Below, piece after piece: positions 28,225-37,408 of a DNA stretch of 58,580 nt. The DNA is from Parafilimonas sp. Lineage in GTDB: Bacteria; Bacteroidota; Bacteroidia; Chitinophagales; Chitinophagaceae. Every line of letters begins with the position of its first letter. Within the stretch, counting starts at the first letter, position 1. The notes beneath the pieces are model-generated. The model searched no databases, was not told the DNA's origin, and was given only the letters and a program-made list of their open reading frames with translations. A program made the translations under genes and the position numbers. Location of the stretch: contig JAFBAF010000353.1 in the NCBI GenBank assembly GCA_019247895.1, positions 1 through 58,580 of the forward strand. Reading direction: 5' to 3'.

Positions 28225-30999
28225 TTAAAATCTTATGCTGTATGTAACAAAAGGAATCAGCGTTCCAAAAATACTTAACTGGTAACCTTTTGCTACACCA
28301 TCCTGTTGTATAAAATAAACAGAATACACATTCTTTCTTCCCGTTAAATTGTACACACCAAACGACCATGAGTTATGAAACTTCTGATGCACTTTATGAT
28401 TGCCATCGATGTTCATTGAAATATCTGTTCTGAAATAATCAGGAATTCTGTATGCATTTCTATCTGAATAATACAAACCTGTTGTTCCGCCCGAATTAAA
28501 TACAGCCAACGGCAACGTAATTGGCCTGCCGGTGCTGTAAACAACATTCAAAGAAATATTGTAACGATGCGAGAACTGGTAGTTTGAAATAAAATTTAAG
28601 CTGTTTGGTTTATCAAAACTTGCAGGATAATATGCGCCTTTATTCACAATTTCACCTTGTGAAATATCATTAGATTGCAATAGCGTTCTTGAGTAAGTAT
28701 AGCTTAGCCAGCCATTCAATTTGCCTGCATTTTTCTTTACTAAAAATTCAATGCCATAAGCTTTGCCTCTTGTTGCAATCACATCGGTTTCTATATGCGG
28801 ATTTAAGATAAGGTCAGCGCCGCTTCTGTAATCCAGATAGTTTTTTGTTCTTTTATAATATACCTCAACAGAAGTTTCAATTGTATTGGAATTGAAGTTT
28901 TGATAGTAGCCTAATGAAACCTGGTAACCGTTTTGAGGTTTGATATTTGGATCACTCAGCTTCCAGATATCTGTTGGTGATATAGTTGTTGTATTGGTTA
29001 ATAAATGTATGAATTGCTGCATTGTATTAAAGCTTGCTTTAAGCGATGCATTTTCTGAAACGCTGTACCGTGTACTGATCCTGAATTCAGGTGCAGCATA
29101 TGTTTGTATTACTTTGCCCTTTGCATAATCAGCGGTTGATGTGATTGTAGTTGTATCTTTTGGAATGCCCTCAACATAACTATTTACTGTATGCGGGCCG
29201 AGATAATTGTAAACACTGTATCGTACGCCGGCATCTATAGATAAATCCGAAGTCACACTGTATTCGTCTCCCAAATACAATGCATTTTCCAAAGCTTGTT
29301 CATTTTGCAAAACGCTTGGAACAACCAACGATTTTCCTCCCACCGGCGTTAAAGCGCCGGGCTGCAGTTTATAATAAATACTGCTTAATCCAAAATCTAT
29401 CCGGTTTTTACTGTTTGGCGAAAATGTAAAATCTGTGCGGAAATTATACTGGTTAATATTGAAGCTGAGCTTAAATGCATTTACTTCATTTTGTTCAGAG
29501 CTCACTGAATAATCATAATGATCAACACCACCAGTAATAACCATAAATAGCTTGTTATTGTAAATATGTTTCCATTTAATGTTTGCATTTTTATTGCTGT
29601 AAGCATATAAAGTATCCCTGTTCAATCTAAACCTGTCGTTGCTGAAATAACCGGTTATATACAAAGAATTTTTTGCGTTGATTGTATGGCTCAAACGCAG
29701 CGTAAAGTCATTGAAATTTGCGGTGCTATTGTTGTAAGCAGTGTTTGGAATTTGATTTAACAACCAGTCAGAATAAGTGCTTCTTATACTTGCAATGACG
29801 GATGTTTTGTCTTTTGCTAAAGGGCCTTCAATATAAAATTTACTTGTAAGCGGACCAATGCCTGCAGCACCACTCCATTTTTTTGTGTTACCATCTTTAA
29901 CATCTACATCCAGCACCGAAGACAATCTCCCGCCATACTTTTCGGGAATAGAACTTTTATATAATTCAATGCCTTTAACCACATCAGGATTGAATGAGGA
30001 AAAGAAGCCGAATAAGTGTGATGAATTATAAACTGTCGCATCACTAAACAAAATTAAATTCTGATCAACCGAACCTCCGCGTACATTAAAACCATTACTT
30101 GCTTCACCAACAGAAGTAACGCCAGGTAAAGCGAGCACTACTTTCGAAATATCTGCTTCACCAAAAACAACAGGAATTTGTTTTATAGTTTTAATGCTTA
30201 CAATGTTTGCGCCCATCTGCAAGCTTCGGGTGTTTGAATTTTTTTCTGTTCGTACGGTAACTGTTTTGAGGTTTGCTACATATTCTTCCAGGTCAATATT
30301 TAGTTTTCCATCACCATTTAAAACCACCTGTCTTTTTGTTTCTTTCATACCCGTTGAAAGAATTTTTATAGTGTGGTAACCTTTAGGCATGGTAAGCGAA
30401 AAGTATCCATACTGATCTGTATTTACACCAATTCGCGGTGTATCAATATAAACTGATGCACCAATTATAGGCTCACCCGATTTCATGTCGCGCACATAAC
30501 CTGCAATTGTTGCATTGCCTGTGCCTAAACCTTTCCCGATGTATAATAATTTGTTTTCGATCGAAACACGCAGGGCTTCTTTCGGTTCTTGCGTGGTTTC
30601 TTCTTCGCTATTTTCTGGGGGTGTTGTATCAATTTTTTGCACAGGGGAAAAATAACCTTGCGGAAAATTTGTTTGAACGGTTAGTTGGTTAGTTATAAAA
30701 ACACGATTTAAAGAATCAACTGCAAAATGAAATGAAGTGCCCTTTAAAACAGCTTCCAACAATTGTTGTATGCTGTAATTATTGGCAACTATATTAACCG
30801 TGATTGAATCTGTTTCGGTTTTATCGAAATAAAAATGATATGGATAACTGCTTTCAATTTTATCTGTAAAGGCAGAAAAATTTAAGCCGCTAAAATCTCC
30901 GCTTATTAATTGACTGCTTTGCGCAATTGCAGTTGACAAACTCAGCAAAAGGCTGCAAGTGATAATAAATTTATGGGCATTAATTTTTAAGTTCATCAT
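28225..30999 (-). CDS. TonB-dependent receptor with carboxypeptidase-regulatory-like N-terminal domain
   Basis: Plug LPGVT..GE...FNVRGG.VDQNL, YGGRLSSV, barrel motifs and C-terminal F. Confidence 0.92.
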   Translation of the reverse strand: MMNLKINAHKFIITCSLLLSLSTAIAQSSQLISGDFSGLNFSAFTDKIESSYPYHFYFDKTETDSITVNIVANNYSIQQLLEAVLKGTSFHFAVDSLNRVFITNQLTVQTNFPQGYFSPVQKIDTTPPENSEEETTQEPKEALRVSIENKLLYIGKGLGTGNATIAGYVRDMKSGEPIIGASVYIDTPRIGVNTDQYGYFSLTMPKGYHTIKILSTGMKETKRQVVLNGDGKLNIDLEEYVANLKTVTVRTEKNSNTRSLQMGANIVSIKTIKQIPVVFGEADISKVVLALPGVTSVGEASNGFNVRGGSVDQNLILFSDATVYNSSHLFGFFSSFNPDVVKGIELYKSSIPEKYGGRLSSVLDVDVKDGNTKKWSGAAGIGPLTSKFYIEGPLAKDKTSVIASIRSTYSDWLLNQIPNTAYNNSTANFNDFTLRLSHTINAKNSLYITGYFSNDRFRLNRDTLYAYSNKNANIKWKHIYNNKLFMVITGGVDHYDYSVSSEQNEVNAFKLSFNINQYNFRTDFTFSPNSKNRIDFGLSSIYYKLQPGALTPVGGKSLVVPSVLQNEQALENALYLGDEYSVTSDLSIDAGVRYSVYNYLGPHTVNSYVEGIPKDTTTITSTADYAKGKVIQTYAAPEFRISTRYSVSENASLKASFNTMQQFIHLLTNTTTISPTDIWKLSDPNIKPQNGYQVSLGYYQNFNSNTIETSVEVYYKRTKNYLDYRSGADLILNPHIETDVIATRGKAYGIEFLVKKNAGKLNGWLSYTYSRTLLQSNDISQGEIVNKGAYYPASFDKPNSLNFISNYQFSHRYNISLNVVYSTGRPITLPLAVFNSGGTTGLYYSDRNAYRIPDYFRTDISMNIDGNHKVHQKFHNSWSFGVYNLTGRKNVYSVYFIQQDGVAKGYQLSIFGTLIPFVTYSIRF

Positions 31000-31735
31000 A
31001 ATATGCAGCCGTGCTTATAATTGCGTTTTCAAAATTTTTTCTGAAACTGATCTTATTGATCTTTATAAATTTTTTTAGCTCAGCCTTTTTATTATTAAAG
31101 ACATTCAACACCGATTTTTCGTTGTCTACTTTATATAATTTATCGTTAGCATAGATGTAGTACCAGTCAAATTCCTGGTAGTGGCTATCATTCTCATCCA
31201 GTTTAGATGCTAACACTAATTGCTTTTCCTTTCTTGCCAAAACAGTTGATTTATTATTATACAGCACTTCATAAAAACCTGTGGTTTGCGGCAACGTAAA
31301 CTTATAAGTGTTGGCTGCATTAATAAAACGGTTGCTGTCAAGTATAAAAAAATCAATTTTAGAGCTAACAAGCTTTATTGGATAATTACCGGTGTAGTCA
31401 AGAATTACCAACTCATTTGTTGTAAGATCAAAACGCATTGGCACATCATCATATAAATTGCCATTGTACATAATGGAGCCTTTTAAAATATCTGCCGATC
31501 TGTAATAAGCAAATCCTTTTACATTGTGGCCACCATACAAATATTCGCTGCCATTATATAAACTGATGTTACTTTTAAAACTATTATCAAATAATGCAAC
31601 AATACTGTCTTTTGTTTGCGATTCAATCAATGAATCCTGTAAAGAATATTGTGCTTTGGCTTCATTAAAACCGGAAAAAAATAAAAAAATAAAAACAATA
31701 AAATGATTGAAAGAATTGCTTTTGAGTGTAGCCAT
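30980..31735 (-). CDS. Hypothetical secreted protein, first gene of the TBDR operon
   Basis: 251 aa with a signal peptide. Its stop overlaps the TBDR start. Confidence 0.8.
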   Translation of the reverse strand: MATLKSNSFNHFIVFIFLFFSGFNEAKAQYSLQDSLIESQTKDSIVALFDNSFKSNISLYNGSEYLYGGHNVKGFAYYRSADILKGSIMYNGNLYDDVPMRFDLTTNELVILDYTGNYPIKLVSSKIDFFILDSNRFINAANTYKFTLPQTTGFYEVLYNNKSTVLARKEKQLVLASKLDENDSHYQEFDWYYIYANDKLYKVDNEKSVLNVFNNKKAELKKFIKINKISFRKNFENAIISTAAYYDELKN

Positions 31736-31842
31736 TTATAGGTTGTTGTAATACGGCAAATGAATTTTGAAAATAAATGAATTAGCCCGAGTAAAAAAAT
31801 TTTATTGATAAATGAAACGCGCTAATTACGCAGTTTTGCATT

Positions 31843-32787
31843 ATGAGTTCGATAAAAGATTTACGCATTGTTTTTATGGGCACGCCGGATTTTGCGGTTG
31901 CGTCACTTAATGCTTTGGTTAAAGAAGGCAGTAATATTCTTGGTGTAATTACGGCGCCGGATAAGCCGGCCGGGCGTGGCATGCAACTACAGCAAAGTGC
32001 TGTAAAAAAATATGCACTTGAAAAAGGTCTGCATATTCTTCAGCCCGAAAAATTAAAGAACCCAACTTTTTTAGAAGAGCTGGAATCTCTGCAAGCAGAT
32101 GTGCAAATTGTTGTCGCCTTTCGCATGTTACCTCAAATTGTTTGGAACATGCCGCCAATGGGAACGATTAATGTACATGCATCTTTGTTGCCGCAATATC
32201 GTGGCGCAGCCCCAATAAATTGGGCAATCATTAATGGTGAAAAAGAAACAGGTGTTACAACATTTAAACTGCAGCATGAAATAGATACCGGGAATATTTT
32301 GCTGCAGGAAAAAATTTCAATTAGCGAAGATGAAACTGCCGGTGAACTACATGATAAATTAAAAGAATTAGGCGCAAATGTTTTAGTTAAAACGATCAGA
32401 AGTTTAGCAGATGGAACTTTAAGTGAGTTGCCTCAAACTGAAATCCTCAATCCCGAATCGGAAGCAAAACACGCTCCTAAAATAAGTACTGAAACCTGTA
32501 AAATTGATTGGAATAAAAATGCAGAAGATATTTTTAATTTAACTCGTGGATTATCACCTTATCCTACTGCATTTACTTTTTTAGATGGTAAAATGCTGAA
32601 AATATTTTCAGGAAAAAAAGAAATAATAACGCACAATCTCGCTACTGGCGATTATAAAACAGATGGGAAAACGTATTTAAAATTTGCCTGCTCAAATGGG
32701 TTCATTCAGTGCACAGATATACAACTGCAAGGCAAAAAAAGAATGCTGACAGAAGATTTTTTGCGTGGATATAAATTCAATACCTGA
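31843..32787 (+). CDS. fmt: Methionyl-tRNA formyltransferase
   Basis: FMGTPDFA, PDKPAGRG, NVHASLLPQYRGAAPINWA and IDTG. Confidence 0.97.
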   Translation: MSSIKDLRIVFMGTPDFAVASLNALVKEGSNILGVITAPDKPAGRGMQLQQSAVKKYALEKGLHILQPEKLKNPTFLEELESLQADVQIVVAFRMLPQIVWNMPPMGTINVHASLLPQYRGAAPINWAIINGEKETGVTTFKLQHEIDTGNILLQEKISISEDETAGELHDKLKELGANVLVKTIRSLADGTLSELPQTEILNPESEAKHAPKISTETCKIDWNKNAEDIFNLTRGLSPYPTAFTFLDGKMLKIFSGKKEIITHNLATGDYKTDGKTYLKFACSNGFIQCTDIQLQGKKRMLTEDFLRGYKFNT

Positions 32788-32796
32788 TTAAGAAAA

Positions 32797-32949
32797 CTAC
32801 ATAATGCCAAGCGCCAGGGCAAAATTGGTGACAATGCCCGGTAAAGCCATCCATAATAACTGCGGGTAAAATAAAATAAACAGCAGCAAAATACCCATCC
32901 ACATCAAAAAATAAAGCCAATGCTTAGGAGACGGTTTGCGTTGGTACAT
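32797..32949 (-). CDS. 50-aa two-helix membrane microprotein (not in ORF track)
   Basis: MYQRKPSPKHWLYFLMWMGILLLFILFYPQLLWMALPGIVTNFALALGIM*, with a TATTTTTG promoter element at 32965-32972. Confidence 0.75.
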   Translation of the reverse strand: MYQRKPSPKHWLYFLMWMGILLLFILFYPQLLWMALPGIVTNFALALGIM

Positions 32950-33138
32950 CTGAGAATATTTTTGCAAAAATAAAACAACAAAATCAAACTATAAAAACAG
33001 AAAGCAGAACTTTGAAAGGAATAATTTCAAAACAGAATTTTCTTTGCCAGCTGAATAAAAGGCAGCCAGAATTTTGCCGTACTCATCAGTCCTGATATAT
33101 TATTAAAAACAGTATTTTCATCACTTGAAAAATTTATT

Positions 33139-33213
33139 ATGAAATACGCCATGAATTGCGGACAACTTATAACAACAGTACCGGAATTTTTATGGCGAAT
33201 TTCATGTGGCAAT
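33139..33213. promoter_or_regulatory. Imperfect inverted repeat containing the shared sigma-54-like motif (copy B)
   Basis: ATGAAATACGCCATGAATTGCGG ... CCGGAATTTTTATGGCGAATTTCAT; the right arm matches 8351-8376. Confidence 0.5.
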
Positions 33214-33230
33214 AAAATTAAAATATACAC

Positions 33231-33611
33231 ATGAAAATTCTTGTAGTTGACGACGAAAGAGATATACAAACTTTATTTGAGCAACGTTTCAGGCGGGAGG
33301 TGCGAAATGGCGAAATGCAATTTGCTTTTGCATTTTCGGGCGAAGAAGCACTTAATTATGTGCATGGTCACCAGCAGGAGGTTGTATTAATTCTCTCAGA
33401 TATAAATATGCCGGGCATGAGTGGCCTGGTTTTGCTTGAGAAATTGAAGCAGGAATTTGCAGTGCCTCCGCCAATTGTAATGATGGTTACCGCATACGGC
33501 GACAGCGAAAATTATAATAAGGCAATGGAATTAGGTGCAGATGATTTTCTCACAAAGCCTGTTGATTTTGTGCTTCTAAAAGAAAAATTAAAAAAATTGA
33601 TACATGTCTAA
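33231..33611 (+). CDS. Single-domain response regulator (REC)
   Basis: VVDDE, phosphoacceptor SDINMP, VTAY and FLTKP. Confidence 0.93.
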   Translation: MKILVVDDERDIQTLFEQRFRREVRNGEMQFAFAFSGEEALNYVHGHQQEVVLILSDINMPGMSGLVLLEKLKQEFAVPPPIVMMVTAYGDSENYNKAMELGADDFLTKPVDFVLLKEKLKKLIHV

Positions 33612-34644
33612 AATATTAGTTGTAGATGATGAGACGGATCTTGAGGTATTGATAAAACAAAAATTCAGAAGGCAAATAAGAGAGCGCCAATATGAATTTG
33701 TGTTTGCACTGAACGGCAAACAGGCGCTGGAAAAAATAAAAGAACAGCCGGATATTGATATGGTGTTCAGCGACATTAACATGCCCGAAATGGATGGTTT
33801 AACGCTGCTTGAAAAATTAAATGAAACAAACCCCATCATAAAGGCAGTTATTGTTTCCGCATACGGTGATATGGATAATATTCGCACTGCAATGAACCGT
33901 GGTGCTTTTGATTTTATATGCAAACCTGTAAACTTTGACGATCTTGAACTAACACTGAAAAAAACAATGGATCATGTTTCACAGTTAAAACAAACATTGC
34001 AGGCGATAAAAGAAAATAACATACTAAAAATGTATGTAGATGAATCTGTGCTGAAGTTCATGGATAAGCGTGAGTTTGAACAATCTCTTACTACTAACGA
34101 AAATATAGAAGCCACTGTTGTTTTCATTGATCTTTGCAGTTTTACAGCAATTACAGAAACTGAAAAGCCGGACGTTGTTGTTGGATTGCTCAACAATTAT
34201 TTTGACGTGATGGTGAAAGAGATCATCAATCAAAATGGCCATGTTGATAAATTTATAGGCGATGCAGTGATGGCAGTTTTTCGCGGAGAGTTTCATTTGG
34301 ACCGTGCAGTTGAGGCTTGCCTTGCCATACGTAATTCAATTAAAGAGCTGAAGTATGAAAAAATTATACTCAGCTTTTTGCCACAGGTTTCAATTGGCAT
34401 TAACACCGGTGAAATGATATCCGGTAATATTGGTTCTGCGAATCTTAGAAGATTAGATTATACAGTTATTGGTGATTCGGTAAATACAGCGCAAAGGCTG
34501 CAGAGCAAAGCACAGCCTGGCCAGATATTAATATCTGCCAGTTCATACAATAAAATAAAAGAGTTCTTTAATTGTTCACCTGTTGGCCAGGTAACGCTTA
34601 GAAATAAAAAAGAACCTTTAGAAGTGTATGAAGTGTTGAATTAA
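33604..34644 (+). CDS. REC + class III adenylate/guanylate cyclase
   Basis: REC (VVDDE, SDINMP, KP) followed by FIDLCSFT, DKFIGDAVMA and YTVIGDSVNTAQRL. Confidence 0.93.
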   Translation: MSKILVVDDETDLEVLIKQKFRRQIRERQYEFVFALNGKQALEKIKEQPDIDMVFSDINMPEMDGLTLLEKLNETNPIIKAVIVSAYGDMDNIRTAMNRGAFDFICKPVNFDDLELTLKKTMDHVSQLKQTLQAIKENNILKMYVDESVLKFMDKREFEQSLTTNENIEATVVFIDLCSFTAITETEKPDVVVGLLNNYFDVMVKEIINQNGHVDKFIGDAVMAVFRGEFHLDRAVEACLAIRNSIKELKYEKIILSFLPQVSIGINTGEMISGNIGSANLRRLDYTVIGDSVNTAQRLQSKAQPGQILISASSYNKIKEFFNCSPVGQVTLRNKKEPLEVYEVLN

Positions 34645-34665
34645 TCTTTTGATCAATTGGTACAT

Positions 34666-36114
34666 ATGCAGCTTGAAAAATTAAAAGCCTTTATTCTCGA
34701 AAAGCTCCACAGGGAATTACCGCACACATTTACTTATCATAGCCCGCATCATACTGAAGAAGTTGTTAAACATTCTTATGAGCTGGGTAAAGAAGAGGGT
34801 TTGTCAGATCATGAACTGGCGATACTACAAACTGCTGCAGTAATGCACGATACAGGATTTTTGGTTACAACAACTGAACACGAAAAGGCTTCGTGTAAAA
34901 TGGCAAGAGAATATCTTCCAGAATATGGATATAATGAAGACCAGGTGGAAAGAATCTGCAGCATTATTATGACAACGCAATTACCGCAATCTGCATTTGA
35001 TAAATTGTCGCAGGCATTGTGTGATGCAGATCTGTATTATCTCGGCACAAATAATTACCAGTTATATGCAGGCAGATTGTATCGTGAAATGAAACATTTT
35101 TCTCCCAATCTTACAGAAGACAGCTGGCATGAAATTGAAAAAAGCTTTTTGGAATCACATGAATATTTTACTGAATCGGCGAGAAGAAAGTTAAATTCTG
35201 TAAAAAAGCAAAATCTAAAATTAATTAAAAAAAATTTTAAAAAACATACAGAAACGCATAGCGATTTTAGAATAAACGATATTCTCCTGATGCTTCTTGG
35301 TGCGTTAATTGCAGGCTTTGCATTACAAGGTTTTTTAATACCTAATAATTTTTTAGATGGTGGCGTTACCGGTATTTCACTTTTAATTCATGGCGTTTAT
35401 AAGGTTGATTTTCCATTGGTATTTATAGCGGTAAATATTCCGCTCATTGTTCTTGCTGTATATGTGGTAAGCAGAAAATTCGCTATTAAAACACTTATCA
35501 CCATTGTATGCGTCAGCTTGTTTACACACTTTATCCCGTATCCTGTTATCACTACTGATAAATTATTGATTTCAATATTCGGTGGTTTTTTTGCCGGTGT
35601 GGGAATGGGGCTGATAATACGTGCCGGTTCTGCAATGGATGGCATTGAAGTGCTTGCCGTGTACACGCTAAAGCGTAGCAGTTTTACCATAAGCGAAATT
35701 ATTCTTGCAATAAACGCTATCATTTTTATAATAGCTGCTTTTCACTTTGGTATTGAAACGGCTTTGTATTCTATGCTTGCATATTTTTCTGCAACCAAAA
35801 CAGTAGACTACGTAGTAGAAGGCATTGAAGCGTACACCGGTGTAACTATTATTTCAGCACATAGCGAACACATTAAAGAAAGGCTCGTGAACGAATTAGG
35901 CAGAGCTATAACAATATATAAAGGAGAGCGTGGTTTTTTACCCGGAAAATATGAAGTGCATGCTGATGTAGATATAATCTTCACCGTTATTACAAGGCTT
36001 GAATTGCGCAAGCTAAAAAACCTTGTTTATTCAGAAGATCCGAAAGCATTCATATTTGCAAATACGATCAAAGAAACTGCAGGCGGTATTATTAAACAAC
36101 GATCAAGTCATTAA
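34666..36114 (+). CDS. HD-domain phosphohydrolase fused to a YitT/DUF2179 membrane protein
   Basis: N-terminal YH..HT...MHDTG...EHE...DADL. C-terminal LDGGVTGISL, GS.MDG, about 6 TM helices and DPKAFI. ATG 34666 (TTG 34657 possible). Confidence 0.88.
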   Translation: MQLEKLKAFILEKLHRELPHTFTYHSPHHTEEVVKHSYELGKEEGLSDHELAILQTAAVMHDTGFLVTTTEHEKASCKMAREYLPEYGYNEDQVERICSIIMTTQLPQSAFDKLSQALCDADLYYLGTNNYQLYAGRLYREMKHFSPNLTEDSWHEIEKSFLESHEYFTESARRKLNSVKKQNLKLIKKNFKKHTETHSDFRINDILLMLLGALIAGFALQGFLIPNNFLDGGVTGISLLIHGVYKVDFPLVFIAVNIPLIVLAVYVVSRKFAIKTLITIVCVSLFTHFIPYPVITTDKLLISIFGGFFAGVGMGLIIRAGSAMDGIEVLAVYTLKRSSFTISEIILAINAIIFIIAAFHFGIETALYSMLAYFSATKTVDYVVEGIEAYTGVTIISAHSEHIKERLVNELGRAITIYKGERGFLPGKYEVHADVDIIFTVITRLELRKLKNLVYSEDPKAFIFANTIKETAGGIIKQRSSH

Positions 36115-36120
36115 CATGCA

Positions 36121-37389
36121 ATGAACGAACGACTGCTGCAATTTATCTGGCAATTCAGATATTTCAATCAAACATCTTTATGTGCAGTAGATGGCAGAAC
36201 TGTGCAAATCATTCATCCCGGAATTTTAAACCGTAATTCAGGACCCGATTTTTCTGAAGCAAGAATAAAAATAGATAATACTACATGGATTGGAAATATT
36301 GAGTTGCATGTATATGCTTCAGACTGGCAACAGCATAAACATTCGCTCGATAAAAATTATGACAATGTTATTCTGCATGTTGTTTGGATAAATGATAAAA
36401 CAATTTTAGGTAGCAATCTTCAGCCGATTACAACACTTGAATTGCAATCTTTAGTTCCTAAAATTATTTTGCAGCGGTTCGAAAAATTAATGTCATCTGC
36501 AGATTCAATACCGTGCGATTTTGCATTGCCTGTTTTAGATGAAATTGCATGGCTTGCGTGGAAAGAAAGATTAATTGCAGAAAGACTCACAGAAAAGTCA
36601 ACTTATATTATTCGCTGGCTTGAATTAACCAATAATAATTGGGAAGAAGTTTTTTGGATAAGCCTTTGCCGGAGTTTTGGTATGAAAGTAAATGCAGATT
36701 TTTTTGAAGAAATTGCAAAAAATATTTCTGTAAACCTTCTTGCAAAACATAAAAATCAAATCCACCAGTTAGAAGCATTGTTGTTAGGGCAGGCTGGTTT
36801 ACTGAATGAAAAATTTGAAGATGATTATGCGATTATGCTTCAAAAGGAATATCAATTTCTTTCAAAAAAATATTCACTAAAAGCAAACCATACGCAGCCT
36901 GCATTTTTAAGGATGCGGCCATCAAATTTTCCGACATTACGTTTGGCGCAACTCGCAATGCTCGTATTTCAATCGAATCATTTGTTTTCAAAAATAAAAT
37001 CTGCGCATAAAGTAAATGAACTGTTTCAATGGTTTGATGTTACAGCAAATGATTTCTGGAATTATCATTACACTTTAAAAGATGAAGCAGCTTATCGATC
37101 AAAAACAATCGGCGCTTCTTTTATTCAGCTTGTAATTATAAATACAATTGCGCCGGTTTTATTCGCTTATGGAATGAACAGAAATGAAGATGCGTGGAAG
37201 GATAAGGCAATTGATTTTCTAACGGCATTACAACCTGAGCAAAACAGAATTACCAAACAATGGAAAGTATTGGGTGTTTCAAATAAAAATGCATTGGAAA
37301 GCCAGGCATTGATTCATCTTAAAAATAACTATTGCAACAGTAAAAATTGTTTAAGCTGTGCTGTTGGAGTAAAATTACTTCGGCAATAA
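36121..37389 (+). CDS. DUF2851 family protein
   Basis: MNERLLQFIW, GPDF, GNIELH, VILHVVW, RMRPSNFPTLRLAQL and C-terminal C..K.CL.C.VG. Confidence 0.85.
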   Translation: MNERLLQFIWQFRYFNQTSLCAVDGRTVQIIHPGILNRNSGPDFSEARIKIDNTTWIGNIELHVYASDWQQHKHSLDKNYDNVILHVVWINDKTILGSNLQPITTLELQSLVPKIILQRFEKLMSSADSIPCDFALPVLDEIAWLAWKERLIAERLTEKSTYIIRWLELTNNNWEEVFWISLCRSFGMKVNADFFEEIAKNISVNLLAKHKNQIHQLEALLLGQAGLLNEKFEDDYAIMLQKEYQFLSKKYSLKANHTQPAFLRMRPSNFPTLRLAQLAMLVFQSNHLFSKIKSAHKVNELFQWFDVTANDFWNYHYTLKDEAAYRSKTIGASFIQLVIINTIAPVLFAYGMNRNEDAWKDKAIDFLTALQPEQNRITKQWKVLGVSNKNALESQALIHLKNNYCNSKNCLSCAVGVKLLRQ

Positions 37390-37408
37390 AATACTGTGAG
37401 CTGATTAA

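Noticed and set aside
27075-28369. Long starts given by the ORF track at 27143 and 28369 (also 40972 and 54380)
   Set aside because: The starts at 27143, 28369 and 40972 overlap neighbouring genes. In all four cases a downstream start gives a proper signal peptide or family N-terminus.
33604-36114. Cyclase + HD + membrane protein as a Pycsar anti-phage system
   Set aside because: The cyclase is REC-fused with purine-specifying Lys/Thr residues, and the membrane part is YitT rather than a Pycsar effector. The neighbourhood is housekeeping, not a defence island.
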